Notes: generated by a model not told the origin, from the sequence alone. Positions 18,539-28,190 are shown, numbered from the stretch's first letter. The stretch is 48,621 bases of DNA from Comamonadaceae bacterium (GCA_947451995.1 CANGCI010000001.1:1-48621), one strand, 5' to 3'. Program-made: numbers and translations.

Positions 18539-19546
18539 TTAATCCGGCGTGATGTTGGCAGCTTTAACAACTTGAGACCATTGCAACAAATCTTGTTTGA
18601 AGTAAGCGTCAAAACTTTCCGCCTTACCCGGTTTTGCACTGCTCATGCCAGCGTTCGCAAGGCTTTGGTTAAAGTCATCTTGCGCCAGAACCTTGTTGGT
18701 TTCTGCAACCCATTTTTCAATGACTGCAGCGGGCGTACCTTTAGGTGCAAACAAGCCCAACCATTGATCGGCTTCAAATTTTTCCACACCTGCTTCTGCC
18801 ATGGTGGGTACATTGGGCAGGCCTGGCATGCGCTGTGCACTGGTGACGGCCAGCGCTCTGACTTTGCCTGCTTTAATTTGTGGCAAAGCGACAGCTGCGT
18901 TAGAGAAATGGTAGTCAATGCGACCTGCGATCTGGTCGGTCATCGCCGCTGGCGCGCCTGTGTAGGGGATGTGCAAGATGAACAAGTTTTGACGCGACTT
19001 AAACAGCTCACCTGTTAAGTGAGCTGGAGAGCCCACACCCGCAGAGGCATAGCTCAATTTGCCAGGATTGGCGCGAGCCACTTTGATGAGATCCTGAACG
19101 GAGGTGATGTTGCTGTTTTGACTGACGACCAAAACAGACGGCGCGTAGGCTACAACTGCGACGCGTTCAAGGTCTTTGACGGCATCAAAGGACATTTTGT
19201 TGCGCAGTGCAGTGCTCATGCTTAAGGCACTTGATGTGAACAGCAAGGTATACCCATCAGGTGTCGCTTTGCTGGCTTGATCGGCGCCAACATTACCACC
19301 TGCACCTAATTTATTGTCAACAACAATTGCTTGCCCCATGGGAGTTTGAAGGCGATTGCTGAGTTGCCTTGCTGCCACATCTACCAAGCCACCAGCAGGC
19401 CAAGGTACGATGACGCGAATGGGTTTGCTAGGGTATGTTTGCGAATGTGCAGACAAACTGGCGCACAAAAGCAAGCCTATCAAGCAATGAATCCATACTG
19501 GCAAGCGCTGTGTCAAACCAAGGCGTTGAGGTGTCATGTGTGCCAT
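18539..19546 (-). CDS. Bug/TctC substrate-binding protein
   Basis: YPSKPIRVIVPWPAGGLVD, PDGYTLL, SAGVGSPAHL, HIPYTG; start uncertain (19546 or 19537). Confidence 0.93.
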   Translation of the reverse strand: MAHMTPQRLGLTQRLPVWIHCLIGLLLCASLSAHSQTYPSKPIRVIVPWPAGGLVDVAARQLSNRLQTPMGQAIVVDNKLGAGGNVGADQASKATPDGYTLLFTSSALSMSTALRNKMSFDAVKDLERVAVVAYAPSVLVVSQNSNITSVQDLIKVARANPGKLSYASAGVGSPAHLTGELFKSRQNLFILHIPYTGAPAAMTDQIAGRIDYHFSNAAVALPQIKAGKVRALAVTSAQRMPGLPNVPTMAEAGVEKFEADQWLGLFAPKGTPAAVIEKWVAETNKVLAQDDFNQSLANAGMSSAKPGKAESFDAYFKQDLLQWSQVVKAANITPD

Positions 19547-19577
19547 TTTGATGAGGTCAACCAAATGACCCGTTAAG

Positions 19578-20315
19578 TTAAAGGGTGAGGGCCATCTCAA
19601 ATTGAATGAAGTCACCACGGTAGGTAACCTGTCCTAAATACAAAACTGTGCCATCGGGTGATAAGCAAACCCGACGCACTTCTGCTACCGGCGCGCCTAC
19701 AGCGATGTTCAGCAGGCGCGCTACTTCAAGATCAGCTGTTGAAATTCGCAGCGTTTGACGGGCGGATTCGATTTTGACTTCTGGTAGGTCCATCAAGACC
19801 GGCACCACAGTTTCTTTACGGAATCGTTTAGGTGACAAACGAAATGCTCTTTGGTCAATGTAAATTGAGGCAATGCAGTAGGGTTCGTCATCTCGAGAGT
19901 GCACCCTTCGCATGAAGTGATAAGCCGGAGCGGCTTTGCCATCAAGGGGTACGAGGGGCGGCTGGACCCCAGCTTCTTCAATCAGTGTGAGTTGCGGCTT
20001 GTCATTGCGATAGGCTTCTGCCAAACCCTGCAGCGATGTTTCAAGTGTGAGGGAGCGTTCTGGTTGCACTTGGTCGGTGACAAAAGTGCCGCGTCCCCTT
20101 TGGGGTAACAGGAGCCCTTCGCGTGTCAAGATCTCAATCGCCTGTCTGACAGTCACACGTGCAACTTGAAATTCTTCCACCAAGGCATCTAAAGAAGGTA
20201 CTTTTTCGCCAGGAGCCCACACGCCACGAAGAATCCGTTGACGCAGTAAATCTGCCAATTGGGCATACAAGGGGACAGGACTGTCAGCAAAGATGGGGTG
20301 AGCATTGGTTTGCAT
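19578..20315 (-). CDS. GntR-family regulator, HutC/UTRA subfamily
   Basis: PLYAQLA, VARVTVRQAI, RGRGTFV wHTH; UTRA-like C-terminus (YRGD). Confidence 0.92.
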   Translation of the reverse strand: MQTNAHPIFADSPVPLYAQLADLLRQRILRGVWAPGEKVPSLDALVEEFQVARVTVRQAIEILTREGLLLPQRGRGTFVTDQVQPERSLTLETSLQGLAEAYRNDKPQLTLIEEAGVQPPLVPLDGKAAPAYHFMRRVHSRDDEPYCIASIYIDQRAFRLSPKRFRKETVVPVLMDLPEVKIESARQTLRISTADLEVARLLNIAVGAPVAEVRRVCLSPDGTVLYLGQVTYRGDFIQFEMALTL

Positions 20316-20326
20316 TTTTAAAATCC

Positions 20327-20373
20327 GATAGTTCTATCTATGGTACCATTAGTTTGGATCGACATACCAACTA
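20327..20373. promoter_or_regulatory. Palindrome-rich GntR/porin divergent promoter region
   Basis: GATAG-TT-CTATC (20327-20338), ATGGTACCAT (20340-20349), TAGTT..AACTA (20350-20373). Confidence 0.35.
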
Positions 20374-20382
20374 GGAGACAAC

Positions 20383-21501
20383 ATGAAAATAATCAAGCCA
20401 TTCCCCAGTGCCATCGCTATGGCGGTTGCCGTCTTAAGCTTATCGGCACAAGCGCAGCAGCAGCCTGGCGTCGAAGTGTATGGCTTAGTGGGCGTCAGTT
20501 ATACATCTAAGAACAACCAAGGTGCGACCAATGCTTCATTGAAGGAGCTCAGCACCAATGCCATGAGCGTTTCATATTTAGGTTTCCGCGGTCGTGAAGA
20601 CTTGGGCGGTGGATTGAATGCAGTGTTTCGTTTGGAATCCAGTTTGGCGCCAGACAATGGCACCATTGGTAAGCCTATTGCTTATTTTGATCGACAGGCA
20701 TTTGTGGGTGTCACCAGCAATCAATGGGGTGCAATTACCCTTGGTCGTCAGTTTCATGCATTAACTGACCGCTCAATTCGCAGCTTGGATGTCTACAACT
20801 TAGCGCCTGCCAATGCGCATCTGGTGCCCAGTGCGCTTTATGGGGTCAATCGGTATGCAGGCAATGACAACCGTGTGAGCAACGCCGTCAAATATCGGAT
20901 GGACAACCCTACAGGTCTCCAAGCGGGCGTGAGCTACGGCATGGGTGAAGCTGCAGGCAGTACGACCAAAGGCGCTAGCTATTCTTATGACGCCGCTTAT
21001 GTAGGCCCCAATTACCAAGTGGGCCTAGGCAAAGTGAGCTTCAATGGTGTGAACACCTTAGGGACTTCAGGCGTGTTACCGAAACATGAAGTGACTGCCT
21101 TAGGTGGTTCCATGACATTCGGTGCTTTCACACCTTATCTGGCTGTCTACAACTCAACACTCGACAGCGCCACCACTGCGGGATTGAAAACACAGTCCAA
21201 CAAAGTCAATTCTGCGGGTATGGCATGGAAGGCTAACAACGAAGTGTTGGTTCGTGCCTCTTACGCGACAGACAAAGGTACAGATCTGAACAACATTGCA
21301 GGTCGTAACGGTCAGAAAAATACAACCGTCATGTCGGTTGAATATGCCTTGTCGAAGCGTACATCGCTGAATGCAATTGTGTCCAAAAATATCTTGAGCG
21401 GCGGCTACTTGCTGGAGCCCTTGTATGCAGCTGCATTGGGTAAAAATCCTGCTGTCAGTTCAGTGCAGTTTTATGGAGTGGGTGTCAATCACTCGTTCTG
21501 A
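20383..21501 (+). CDS. Gram-negative trimeric porin (Burkholderiales type)
   Basis: Signal peptide, GFRGREDLGGGL, FDRQAFVG, EYALSKRT, terminal HSF; AGGAG RBS. Confidence 0.93.
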   Translation: MKIIKPFPSAIAMAVAVLSLSAQAQQQPGVEVYGLVGVSYTSKNNQGATNASLKELSTNAMSVSYLGFRGREDLGGGLNAVFRLESSLAPDNGTIGKPIAYFDRQAFVGVTSNQWGAITLGRQFHALTDRSIRSLDVYNLAPANAHLVPSALYGVNRYAGNDNRVSNAVKYRMDNPTGLQAGVSYGMGEAAGSTTKGASYSYDAAYVGPNYQVGLGKVSFNGVNTLGTSGVLPKHEVTALGGSMTFGAFTPYLAVYNSTLDSATTAGLKTQSNKVNSAGMAWKANNEVLVRASYATDKGTDLNNIAGRNGQKNTTVMSVEYALSKRTSLNAIVSKNILSGGYLLEPLYAAALGKNPAVSSVQFYGVGVNHSF

Positions 21502-21515
21502 GCTGCATTTAATTG

Positions 21516-21553
21516 AGTGCCTTGACCTTGCTCAGCGCTGGGCAAGGCACTTT
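21516..21553 (+). terminator. Intrinsic terminator after the porin gene
   Basis: AGTGCCTTG...CAAGGCACT stem followed by a T-rich tract. Confidence 0.6.
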
Positions 21554-21588
21554 CATATTTGAGTTCTTTTTAAGCATACAAGGCTGAT

Positions 21589-22680
21589 ATGAATCCCATT
21601 GCTTTTGCGGTCCCGGTCTTCTTTGTCTTAATCCTGCTCGAGCTATGGGTTGCCCATTCAAGAGGCGCCAATGTCTACCGATTGAAGGACAGCCTCACCT
21701 CCATCAATGTGGGCATCATGAGTGAGTTTTCCAAAGCCATTGGTGGCTTGATCAGTGTAGTGATGTACACACTGATTGCTGATCGCTTTGGTGCCTATAC
21801 GTGGGATGTGTCCAATCCCATGACCTGGATCAGCGCCTTGTTGCTGTACGACTTCTGCTATTACTGGGTCCACCGTACTGGACACGAAATCAATATTCTG
21901 TGGGCTTCACATGTGGTGCATCACAGCAGCGAAGAGTTCAACCTGTCGACGGCGCTGAGGCAGTCTTCCACCGGTTTCTTGTTTCGATGGATTTTCTATA
22001 TTCCATTAGCCTTGTTGGGCTACCCTGTCAAAGTTTTTGTGGTGGTGGGGCTGATTGATTTTGTTTACCAGTATTGGGTCCACACGCAGTTGATTGGCAA
22101 ATTGGGCTGGCTGGAGTATGTGGTGGTGACACCTTCTAATCACCGCGTACACCATGGCCAGAACGATTACTGCATCGATAAAAACTATGGTGGTGTATTC
22201 TCAATTTGGGATCGTATGTTTGGCACCTATGCAGACGAGCGTGACGATGAGAAACCTGTTTATGGCATTCGTAAACCCATCGAAAGTTGGAATCCGCTAT
22301 GGGCCAACTTGCATCAGTTTGTGCAAATTTGGCAGCAAGTTAAAGCAGCAGAAAATTGGCGTCATCGCTTGATGTACATCTTTGCCAAACCCTCTTGGAC
22401 GCCCGAAAAAGAGGATGCCACAGAGGTATTTGATACAAACAAATTCTCTCGATTTGACACACCCGCTACCTTAGGTTTAATTCGATTCGCATTTGTAGGA
22501 ACCTTGTTGGGTTCGGCGTTGTTAATGGTTTACTTTTACCTTCAAACACGATTGCCACAGCCATTGCGAGTCACTTACTGCGTTGTGATGGTCTTGGCCA
22601 TTGCAGGCATTGGCTGGCGCATGACGCGTGCCCGCCAAGTGGGTGAATCGAATGCGGAAAGAGGTTATGGCCATGCTTAA
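21589..22680 (+). CDS. Fatty-acid hydroxylase/sterol desaturase superfamily protein, alkylglycerol monooxygenase (AGMO)-like
   Basis: His boxes HRTGH, HVVHH, WVH, HRVHH; HHSSEEFNLSTALRQS; DKNYGG..IWDRMFGT. Confidence 0.85.
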   Translation: MNPIAFAVPVFFVLILLELWVAHSRGANVYRLKDSLTSINVGIMSEFSKAIGGLISVVMYTLIADRFGAYTWDVSNPMTWISALLLYDFCYYWVHRTGHEINILWASHVVHHSSEEFNLSTALRQSSTGFLFRWIFYIPLALLGYPVKVFVVVGLIDFVYQYWVHTQLIGKLGWLEYVVVTPSNHRVHHGQNDYCIDKNYGGVFSIWDRMFGTYADERDDEKPVYGIRKPIESWNPLWANLHQFVQIWQQVKAAENWRHRLMYIFAKPSWTPEKEDATEVFDTNKFSRFDTPATLGLIRFAFVGTLLGSALLMVYFYLQTRLPQPLRVTYCVVMVLAIAGIGWRMTRARQVGESNAERGYGHA

Positions 22681-23260
22681 CAGCCTTGCCTTGACCGATG
22701 CACTCCTGTGCCTGATTACCGTTTGGCTTGCGTCAAGAAGTGCATTGTCCGTGGGATACCGCATGGCGTTTAGCCTTCTGGCCATCCCTGCGTTGTTGGG
22801 ATTCTTGCGGTTTTCTGGCATCTATCCGTTAGAAACCTGGCACCCCTTGTTTACTTTGATGAGTGCCAGTGCAGCCTTACCCTTATTGGCCATCTCCGTG
22901 TTGGCGCCACAATCGATGGTCGCGACACGCAGGCAATTTGCCATCATCTTTCTGGGCGTTGCCATGCTGCTGGGTTTGCTGATCGCAGGGCTTGGAAAAT
23001 TCAGAATTTATGATCAAGCACTGGGACTGGGTAGCATGTTGGTCATTCTGGTGACCCTGCTGAAAAACGGTCAACATACGCGCGCATTGGGTGCCACTTT
23101 GATGTTGGCAGGCTCCGTGTTGTTTGTCTTAAAAATCAGCATACCGCCCTGGTTGTTACCAGGAGATTGGTTGCACTTGGGAATGGCGATGGGTTTGTTG
23201 TTGATAGCGCCCACCGCATTGGCGCAAAGTGATCCGTCGCCAGAACCAGAGATGGCTTGA
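22673..23260 (+). CDS. Polytopic membrane protein of unknown function
   Basis: GAGG RBS then ATG at 22673, overlapping the upstream stop; about 7 hydrophobic segments; polar motifs TD, WH and DWLH. Confidence 0.75.
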   Translation: MLNSLALTDALLCLITVWLASRSALSVGYRMAFSLLAIPALLGFLRFSGIYPLETWHPLFTLMSASAALPLLAISVLAPQSMVATRRQFAIIFLGVAMLLGLLIAGLGKFRIYDQALGLGSMLVILVTLLKNGQHTRALGATLMLAGSVLFVLKISIPPWLLPGDWLHLGMAMGLLLIAPTALAQSDPSPEPEMA

Positions 23261-23292
23261 CGGACGGACTGACTGTTCGTTTTCGGTTTTTT
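23260..23292 (+). terminator. Probable intrinsic terminator between convergent genes
   Basis: ACGGACGG-ACTGA-CTGTTCGT stem (2 G-U pairs) followed by T runs. Confidence 0.5.
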
Positions 23293-24264
23293 TTATTCCG
23301 CGGTGTAGCCCGAAGCCTTGATAGGCGCTTCCCAACGCTTCAAGTGTGTGGCCTGCGAAGCTGTCAAAGCCGCGGCATTGGCATAACTAGGTACCAGACC
23401 AAAGCCTTTGATGCGATTTTGAATTTCAGGATTGTTCAAAGCTTGCGCCACAGCATCGCTGATCTTTTGTGTGCGGTCGGCTTGCATGCCGGCAGGGCCA
23501 TACAAACCAAAGAAAGCATCGGCCACCACATTGATGCCGACTTCTTTCAAGGTGGGTACTTCGGGCAAAGCAGCAGAGCGAGATTCACCTGTCACAGCCA
23601 CAATTTTCAGCTTGCCTGTTTTGTGGTGCTCTAGTGTTTCGGAGGCGGTGTCAATCATTACGGGAATTTGGCCACCAATGAGGTCTTGTGCAGCCGGCGC
23701 GCCACCTTTGTAGGCCACATGCGTCATGGGCGTGTTGGATTCTTGGGCCAACAACTGACCTGCAAAGTGAGGCACTGTGCCTGCGCCAGAGGTTGCGTAG
23801 TTGGCTTTGCCTGGATTGGCCTTCAGCCAGCCCATTAAAGATTTGATGTCTGTTGCGGGGGCGCCGGGGCCTGTGGTCACTGCAAAGTCAAACGTGGTGA
23901 CGCGCGCAATGGGCGAGAAATCTTTGACGGAGTCGTAGCCCAAATTTTTGTACAACCAAGGCATGATGACCAAACCACCCGAGGGCACCAAGGCCAAGGT
24001 GTTGCCATCGGGGTTAGCGCGCTTCAGTTCGCCAAGTGCAATTCGGCCCGCAGCGCCAGGTTTGTTTTCGACGATGACGTTTTGATCGAGCGAGACGCGC
24101 ATGCGTTCGGCCAATAAGCGGGCCACCACGTCAACAGAGCCACCTGGCGGAAAGCCCACGAGAATTTTCACAGTTGGTTTGTCTTGTGCAAATGCTGTAC
24201 CCGACAAGCCAGCCAATGCCATGCCAGCGCTCAACAGAGCAAGTTTCAAAAATTGACGCTTCAT
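23293..24264 (-). CDS. Bug/TctC substrate-binding protein
   Basis: Start at MKRQFLKLAL; GFPPGGSVD, ENKPGAAG, HVAYKGG, WEAPIKASGY. Confidence 0.93.
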   Translation of the reverse strand: MKRQFLKLALLSAGMALAGLSGTAFAQDKPTVKILVGFPPGGSVDVVARLLAERMRVSLDQNVIVENKPGAAGRIALGELKRANPDGNTLALVPSGGLVIMPWLYKNLGYDSVKDFSPIARVTTFDFAVTTGPGAPATDIKSLMGWLKANPGKANYATSGAGTVPHFAGQLLAQESNTPMTHVAYKGGAPAAQDLIGGQIPVMIDTASETLEHHKTGKLKIVAVTGESRSAALPEVPTLKEVGINVVADAFFGLYGPAGMQADRTQKISDAVAQALNNPEIQNRIKGFGLVPSYANAAALTASQATHLKRWEAPIKASGYTAE

Positions 24265-24298
24265 GAGAATTCCTATCGTAATGAAATCAATGGACAAC

Positions 24299-24352
24299 TG
24301 AAAACACCAAGTTTGGCCATAATCATGCTCAAAGCCCATTGGGGTTTTCATG
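24299..24352. promoter_or_regulatory. Inverted pair of a TTGG(G/T)GTTTTCA motif
   Basis: TGAAAACACCAA (24299-24310) and TTGGGGTTTTCA (24339-24350); the same motif recurs at 28172-28190. Confidence 0.5.
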
Positions 24353-24389
24353 ATGTCAGCCATAAATTCATTCAACGGAGACCCAAACC

Positions 24390-25373
24390 ATGTCAGTCAT
24401 TGATGTTCACACGCACATGTTTACCCCCAAGTGGCTGGAGCTGCTGAAAGCCGAAGGCGGGCAGTACAACATCAAAACAAGGCCAGACGGTCAGCAAGAG
24501 GTTTTTCGCGGCGACACACCGGTGGTCATTCCGCAAAAGGGTCACTTTGACTACGACCTGCGCATCAAGCACATGGACGCTGCAGGCATTGACATCTCAG
24601 TGGTGTCGCTCACCTGTCCCAATGTGTATTGGGGCAATGAAGAGATCAGCTGCCGCGCCGCCCGTGAGTCGAATGACACCATGGCCCAAGCGCAAACGAC
24701 CTACCCCGACCGCATTCGTTGGTTTACCTCCTTGCCCTGGGAATATCCCCAAAGGGCCATTGAGGAGCTAGACCGCACCTGCCGCAACGGCGCAAGCGGT
24801 GTGATGGTCTTGGCCAATATTTCTGGCAAAAGCCTGACCGATCCTTTGTTTGCGCCTATTTGGGCCGAGATCGACAAGCGCGGCTTGCCAGTGTTGGTTC
24901 ACCCCACAGATCCGCCTGGTGTGGACATGATGGACATGACCAAATTCGATTTGAGCTGGTCCGTGGGTTTCATGTTTGACACCACCTTGGCCATCACGCG
25001 CATGATTTTTGAAGGCTTTTTTGACAAGTACCCCAAGCTCAAAATCATTGCATCACACGGCGGTGGCACCTTGCCCTACTTGGTAGGCCGATTTGAAAAA
25101 GGCGATGAAGTGGAAATTGCTTCACGCCGTCAAATGAAGCAAAAGCCCACCGATTATTTGCGCCACATTTACTACGACACCATCACTTACAACTTGGGTG
25201 CGTTGGAGTATTTGATTTCGGTGGTGGGCCAAGAGCACGTGATGTTTGGCACCGATTGGCCGCACCAAGTGCACGACACCAAAGGCTCGTTCGCCAACAC
25301 GGCCAAGCTGTCCGACAAAGCCTGTGCGGCCATCCGCGGCAGCAATGCTGAACGCGTGTTCAACATCACTTAA
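24390..25373 (+). CDS. Amidohydrolase-2 family protein (ACMSD-like decarboxylase/hydratase)
   Basis: DVHTH, VHP, SHGGGTLPYLVGR, YYDT, FGTDWP. Confidence 0.9.
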   Translation: MSVIDVHTHMFTPKWLELLKAEGGQYNIKTRPDGQQEVFRGDTPVVIPQKGHFDYDLRIKHMDAAGIDISVVSLTCPNVYWGNEEISCRAARESNDTMAQAQTTYPDRIRWFTSLPWEYPQRAIEELDRTCRNGASGVMVLANISGKSLTDPLFAPIWAEIDKRGLPVLVHPTDPPGVDMMDMTKFDLSWSVGFMFDTTLAITRMIFEGFFDKYPKLKIIASHGGGTLPYLVGRFEKGDEVEIASRRQMKQKPTDYLRHIYYDTITYNLGALEYLISVVGQEHVMFGTDWPHQVHDTKGSFANTAKLSDKACAAIRGSNAERVFNIT

Positions 25374-25386
25374 GCCGCGACGATCT

Positions 25387-27048
25387 TCAGGCCATGGCGG
25401 TGGCCTGACCTTTCAGCAGGGCCATCAAGTCTTCGGTTGAATCGGGCAGGCTGTTGCCACGCCACACCACGTGCTGATCGGTTCTGCACAAAATCAATTT
25501 GTGCTTGTAGGCTTCAGGAACATGGGTTTGCTTGGCCAAATCAACGAAGGTCATGGGCACATGCTGCGCCTTGGCTTGGTCTAAAAAGCCTTGCACATCT
25601 ACCGTGTCGTCCAAGCGCAGAAGGCTGTAGCCTTTGCCCAACAGGTCGTACAGCGAGGTGCCGTTGTCTAGCCAGAAATGAGGCGTGCGGCAACCCGGCA
25701 GCGTGGAAGGTGTGAACGATCCCATGGAATAAGCTGGCGCAGCTTCTTCCTCATGCGCAATGATGGGTGAGCCTTCGTAGTAATAACCAAAGTTAAGGCC
25801 TTCGCAGCAAAATTGCTGAACGTTCAACTCGTAGGCTTCGGCGCCTGTGGCGGTTCGCGCGGCTTCTCCCTCTGCGTCCATGGCCTCTATGTTGTGTGGC
25901 ACGGCACGGCGTGCTTTGATCATTTTCTGCGCATGATTCATCACGAAATGCGAGACTTGCTCTGTGATGGGGAAGCGCTCGGCTTCGTAGGCGTCCAAAA
26001 TGGAGGGCGCTGCCCAGCCCTTGATGGCAGCGTCTAACAGCCAAGCCAAGTTGGTGGCATCGGCAATGCCTGCATTCATGCCGTAGCCCGCATAGGGCAC
26101 CCACAAATGCGCAGCATCGCCCGCCAAAAACACGCGGCGATCGCGGAATTGGTTGGCCAACAAGCGACGACCTACCCAGTCTTCTTTGGTGATGACTTCG
26201 TATTTGAAATCGGCATCCACACCCAAAATGTTGCGAATCGATTGGTCACGGTCAACGGAGTCAAACTCGGGCTCGGTAGGGTGCAAATGGTTGTGAACCA
26301 ACCAGTTCTCATGGCCATCGATGGCAAACACGGTGCCACACCGGCGGGTGTTGACCGAGTAGTAGCACCAAGCGGGTTTGCCTGGCAGCAAATGGATCAA
26401 ATCGGGTGCGTGAATATAGGTCGACTGAACGCGCTGAATCATTTCAGTGCCTTCTAACTTGGCACCTATCTTTTTGCGCACAAACGAACTGCCACCGTCG
26501 CAGCCCGCCACGTAACGCACGCGCACAGTTTGACTTTCTTGGGTGTCCAAATTCAGCAAGCTGACATTGACACCTTCTTCGTCTTGCACGATGTCGGTCA
26601 CTTGGGTTCGGTTGCGCAAGCTCACGCCCTTGTGCGACACAGCATGCTTTAACAGCAAAGGTTCCAAATAGATTTGGTTGATGCGGTGCGGCGGCTCGGG
26701 TGTGTCCCAGCCTGTATCGGGCCCTTGGGTTTCTGTATAACGCGTGCTTCTGCCGGGAATGGGGATGCGCGTCAGTTCCATGCCCGTCATGCTGGTGCGA
26801 AACACCACGTCGTTGGGGTAGTCTTCTGGCAAACCTGCAGCGCGCAATGTAGGCGCTACTCCCAGACGTCTGAAGTGCTCCATGCTGCGCGCTGAAACGT
26901 GGTTGCATTTCACATTGGGTGGTTGTGCAAATTCGCGAATTTCCGCCATCAAGACGCTGACGCCGCGTTGCGCCAAATCGGTGGCCAGTGTTAAACCCAC
27001 GGGGCCTGCGCCGACCACCAAGACATCGCTGTCAAATTTTGTAGACAT
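25387..27048 (-). CDS. FAD-dependent aromatic monooxygenase (PheA/TfdB-like, group A), paralog 1
   Basis: GAGPVG, GCDGG, LAGDAAH, GMNAG, C-terminal PG.R.PH and RTDQHV.WRG; start at the ATG at 27048. Confidence 0.92.
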   Translation of the reverse strand: MSTKFDSDVLVVGAGPVGLTLATDLAQRGVSVLMAEIREFAQPPNVKCNHVSARSMEHFRRLGVAPTLRAAGLPEDYPNDVVFRTSMTGMELTRIPIPGRSTRYTETQGPDTGWDTPEPPHRINQIYLEPLLLKHAVSHKGVSLRNRTQVTDIVQDEEGVNVSLLNLDTQESQTVRVRYVAGCDGGSSFVRKKIGAKLEGTEMIQRVQSTYIHAPDLIHLLPGKPAWCYYSVNTRRCGTVFAIDGHENWLVHNHLHPTEPEFDSVDRDQSIRNILGVDADFKYEVITKEDWVGRRLLANQFRDRRVFLAGDAAHLWVPYAGYGMNAGIADATNLAWLLDAAIKGWAAPSILDAYEAERFPITEQVSHFVMNHAQKMIKARRAVPHNIEAMDAEGEAARTATGAEAYELNVQQFCCEGLNFGYYYEGSPIIAHEEEAAPAYSMGSFTPSTLPGCRTPHFWLDNGTSLYDLLGKGYSLLRLDDTVDVQGFLDQAKAQHVPMTFVDLAKQTHVPEAYKHKLILCRTDQHVVWRGNSLPDSTEDLMALLKGQATAMA

Positions 27049-27056
27049 GTTGAACT

Positions 27057-28046
27057 TCAATTCAGTTTGATGTTGGCTTGGCGAATCACGCGTGCCCATT
27101 TTTGGGTTTCGCTTTTGATGTACGCATCAAAGCCTTCGATCGACGTGGCAACAGGTTCCATGCCGTTTTGACGCATTTGCGATTTGATCGCTTCATCGTT
27201 CAAAGCTGCTGTGAATTCGGCATGCAGGCGTTGAATGATTTGAGGCGGCGTGCCGGTTGGCGCCACCAAGCCAAACCAACCGGTAGAGTCATAGCCAGTG
27301 AGACCACTTTCAGACAAGGTGGGCACGTCGGGTAAATTGCTCAAGCGTTTGGGACTGGTCACCGCAAAGGCTTTGAGCTTGCCTGCTTTGATGTGGGGCA
27401 GTGCTGCTGCCAAATCGGTGATCGACAATTGAATTTGACCCGACAGCGTGTCCATGGCGGCAGGACCTGAACCGCGGTAAGGTACTTCGATCAATTTGAC
27501 ATCGGCCATTTGGGTGAACAAGGCTGTCGACAGATGCATGGCGGTGCCATTGCCACCGTGGCCAATCGACACTTTGCCAGGTTGTGATTTGGCCAACGCA
27601 ATCAGCTGCTGCAGGTTGTCGGCGGGCACTGATGGATGGCCCACCAGCACGAAGGGAATGGAGGCCAGCATGGTGATGGGCGCAAAATCTTTGGTCACAT
27701 CAAATGGCATTTGGGGGTAGAGGCTGACGTTGGCAGTCAGTCCGCCAGCAGCCCCCACGCCCAACACATAACCATCGGGTGCGGCTTTGGCAACCGCCGT
27801 TAAACCAATGTTGCCACCAGCGCCAGGGCGGTTGTCTAAAACCAGTGGGTGTCCCAATTTATCGTTCAGGCGCGTGGACAAGATTCGAATGATGGCATCT
27901 GAGCTGCCACCCGGTGGGAAGGTCACCACCACTTTGATGGGCTTGCTGGGGTAGTCATTGGATTGGGCAAAGCCAGTTTGGCAAATCATCAATCCCCAAA
28001 AAACGCCAAAGACCAAAGTCTTCCATTGAATCATGCGACTGTGCAT
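27057..28046 (-). CDS. Bug/TctC substrate-binding protein
   Basis: AGGAG RBS; YPSKPIKVVVTFPPGGSSD, DNRPGAGG, VPYRGSG. Confidence 0.93.
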   Translation of the reverse strand: MHSRMIQWKTLVFGVFWGLMICQTGFAQSNDYPSKPIKVVVTFPPGGSSDAIIRILSTRLNDKLGHPLVLDNRPGAGGNIGLTAVAKAAPDGYVLGVGAAGGLTANVSLYPQMPFDVTKDFAPITMLASIPFVLVGHPSVPADNLQQLIALAKSQPGKVSIGHGGNGTAMHLSTALFTQMADVKLIEVPYRGSGPAAMDTLSGQIQLSITDLAAALPHIKAGKLKAFAVTSPKRLSNLPDVPTLSESGLTGYDSTGWFGLVAPTGTPPQIIQRLHAEFTAALNDEAIKSQMRQNGMEPVATSIEGFDAYIKSETQKWARVIRQANIKLN

Positions 28047-28171
28047 AAATGCTCCTGTTGTTGGACCCACTTTAGCGGTGCGTTTTTGCATTGGCAATGG
28101 GGGTTCAACCCATCTTCACCATTCGCCAGATCCTCAAGAGCCAGCGCGAAGCAGTGTGTGACGGAAGCTCA

Positions 28172-28190
28172 CAAACTTGGGGTTTTCATG
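28172..28190. promoter_or_regulatory. Second copy of the shared CAAACTTGGGGTTTTCATG motif
   Basis: 14/14 identity to 24339-24352 and 16/17 identity to the reverse complement of 24299-24315. Confidence 0.5.

Noticed and set aside
28157-28173. TGTGA-CGGAAGC-TCACA as a CRP site
   Set aside because: The spacer is 7 nt, not 6; it may still be an operator but is not assignable to CRP
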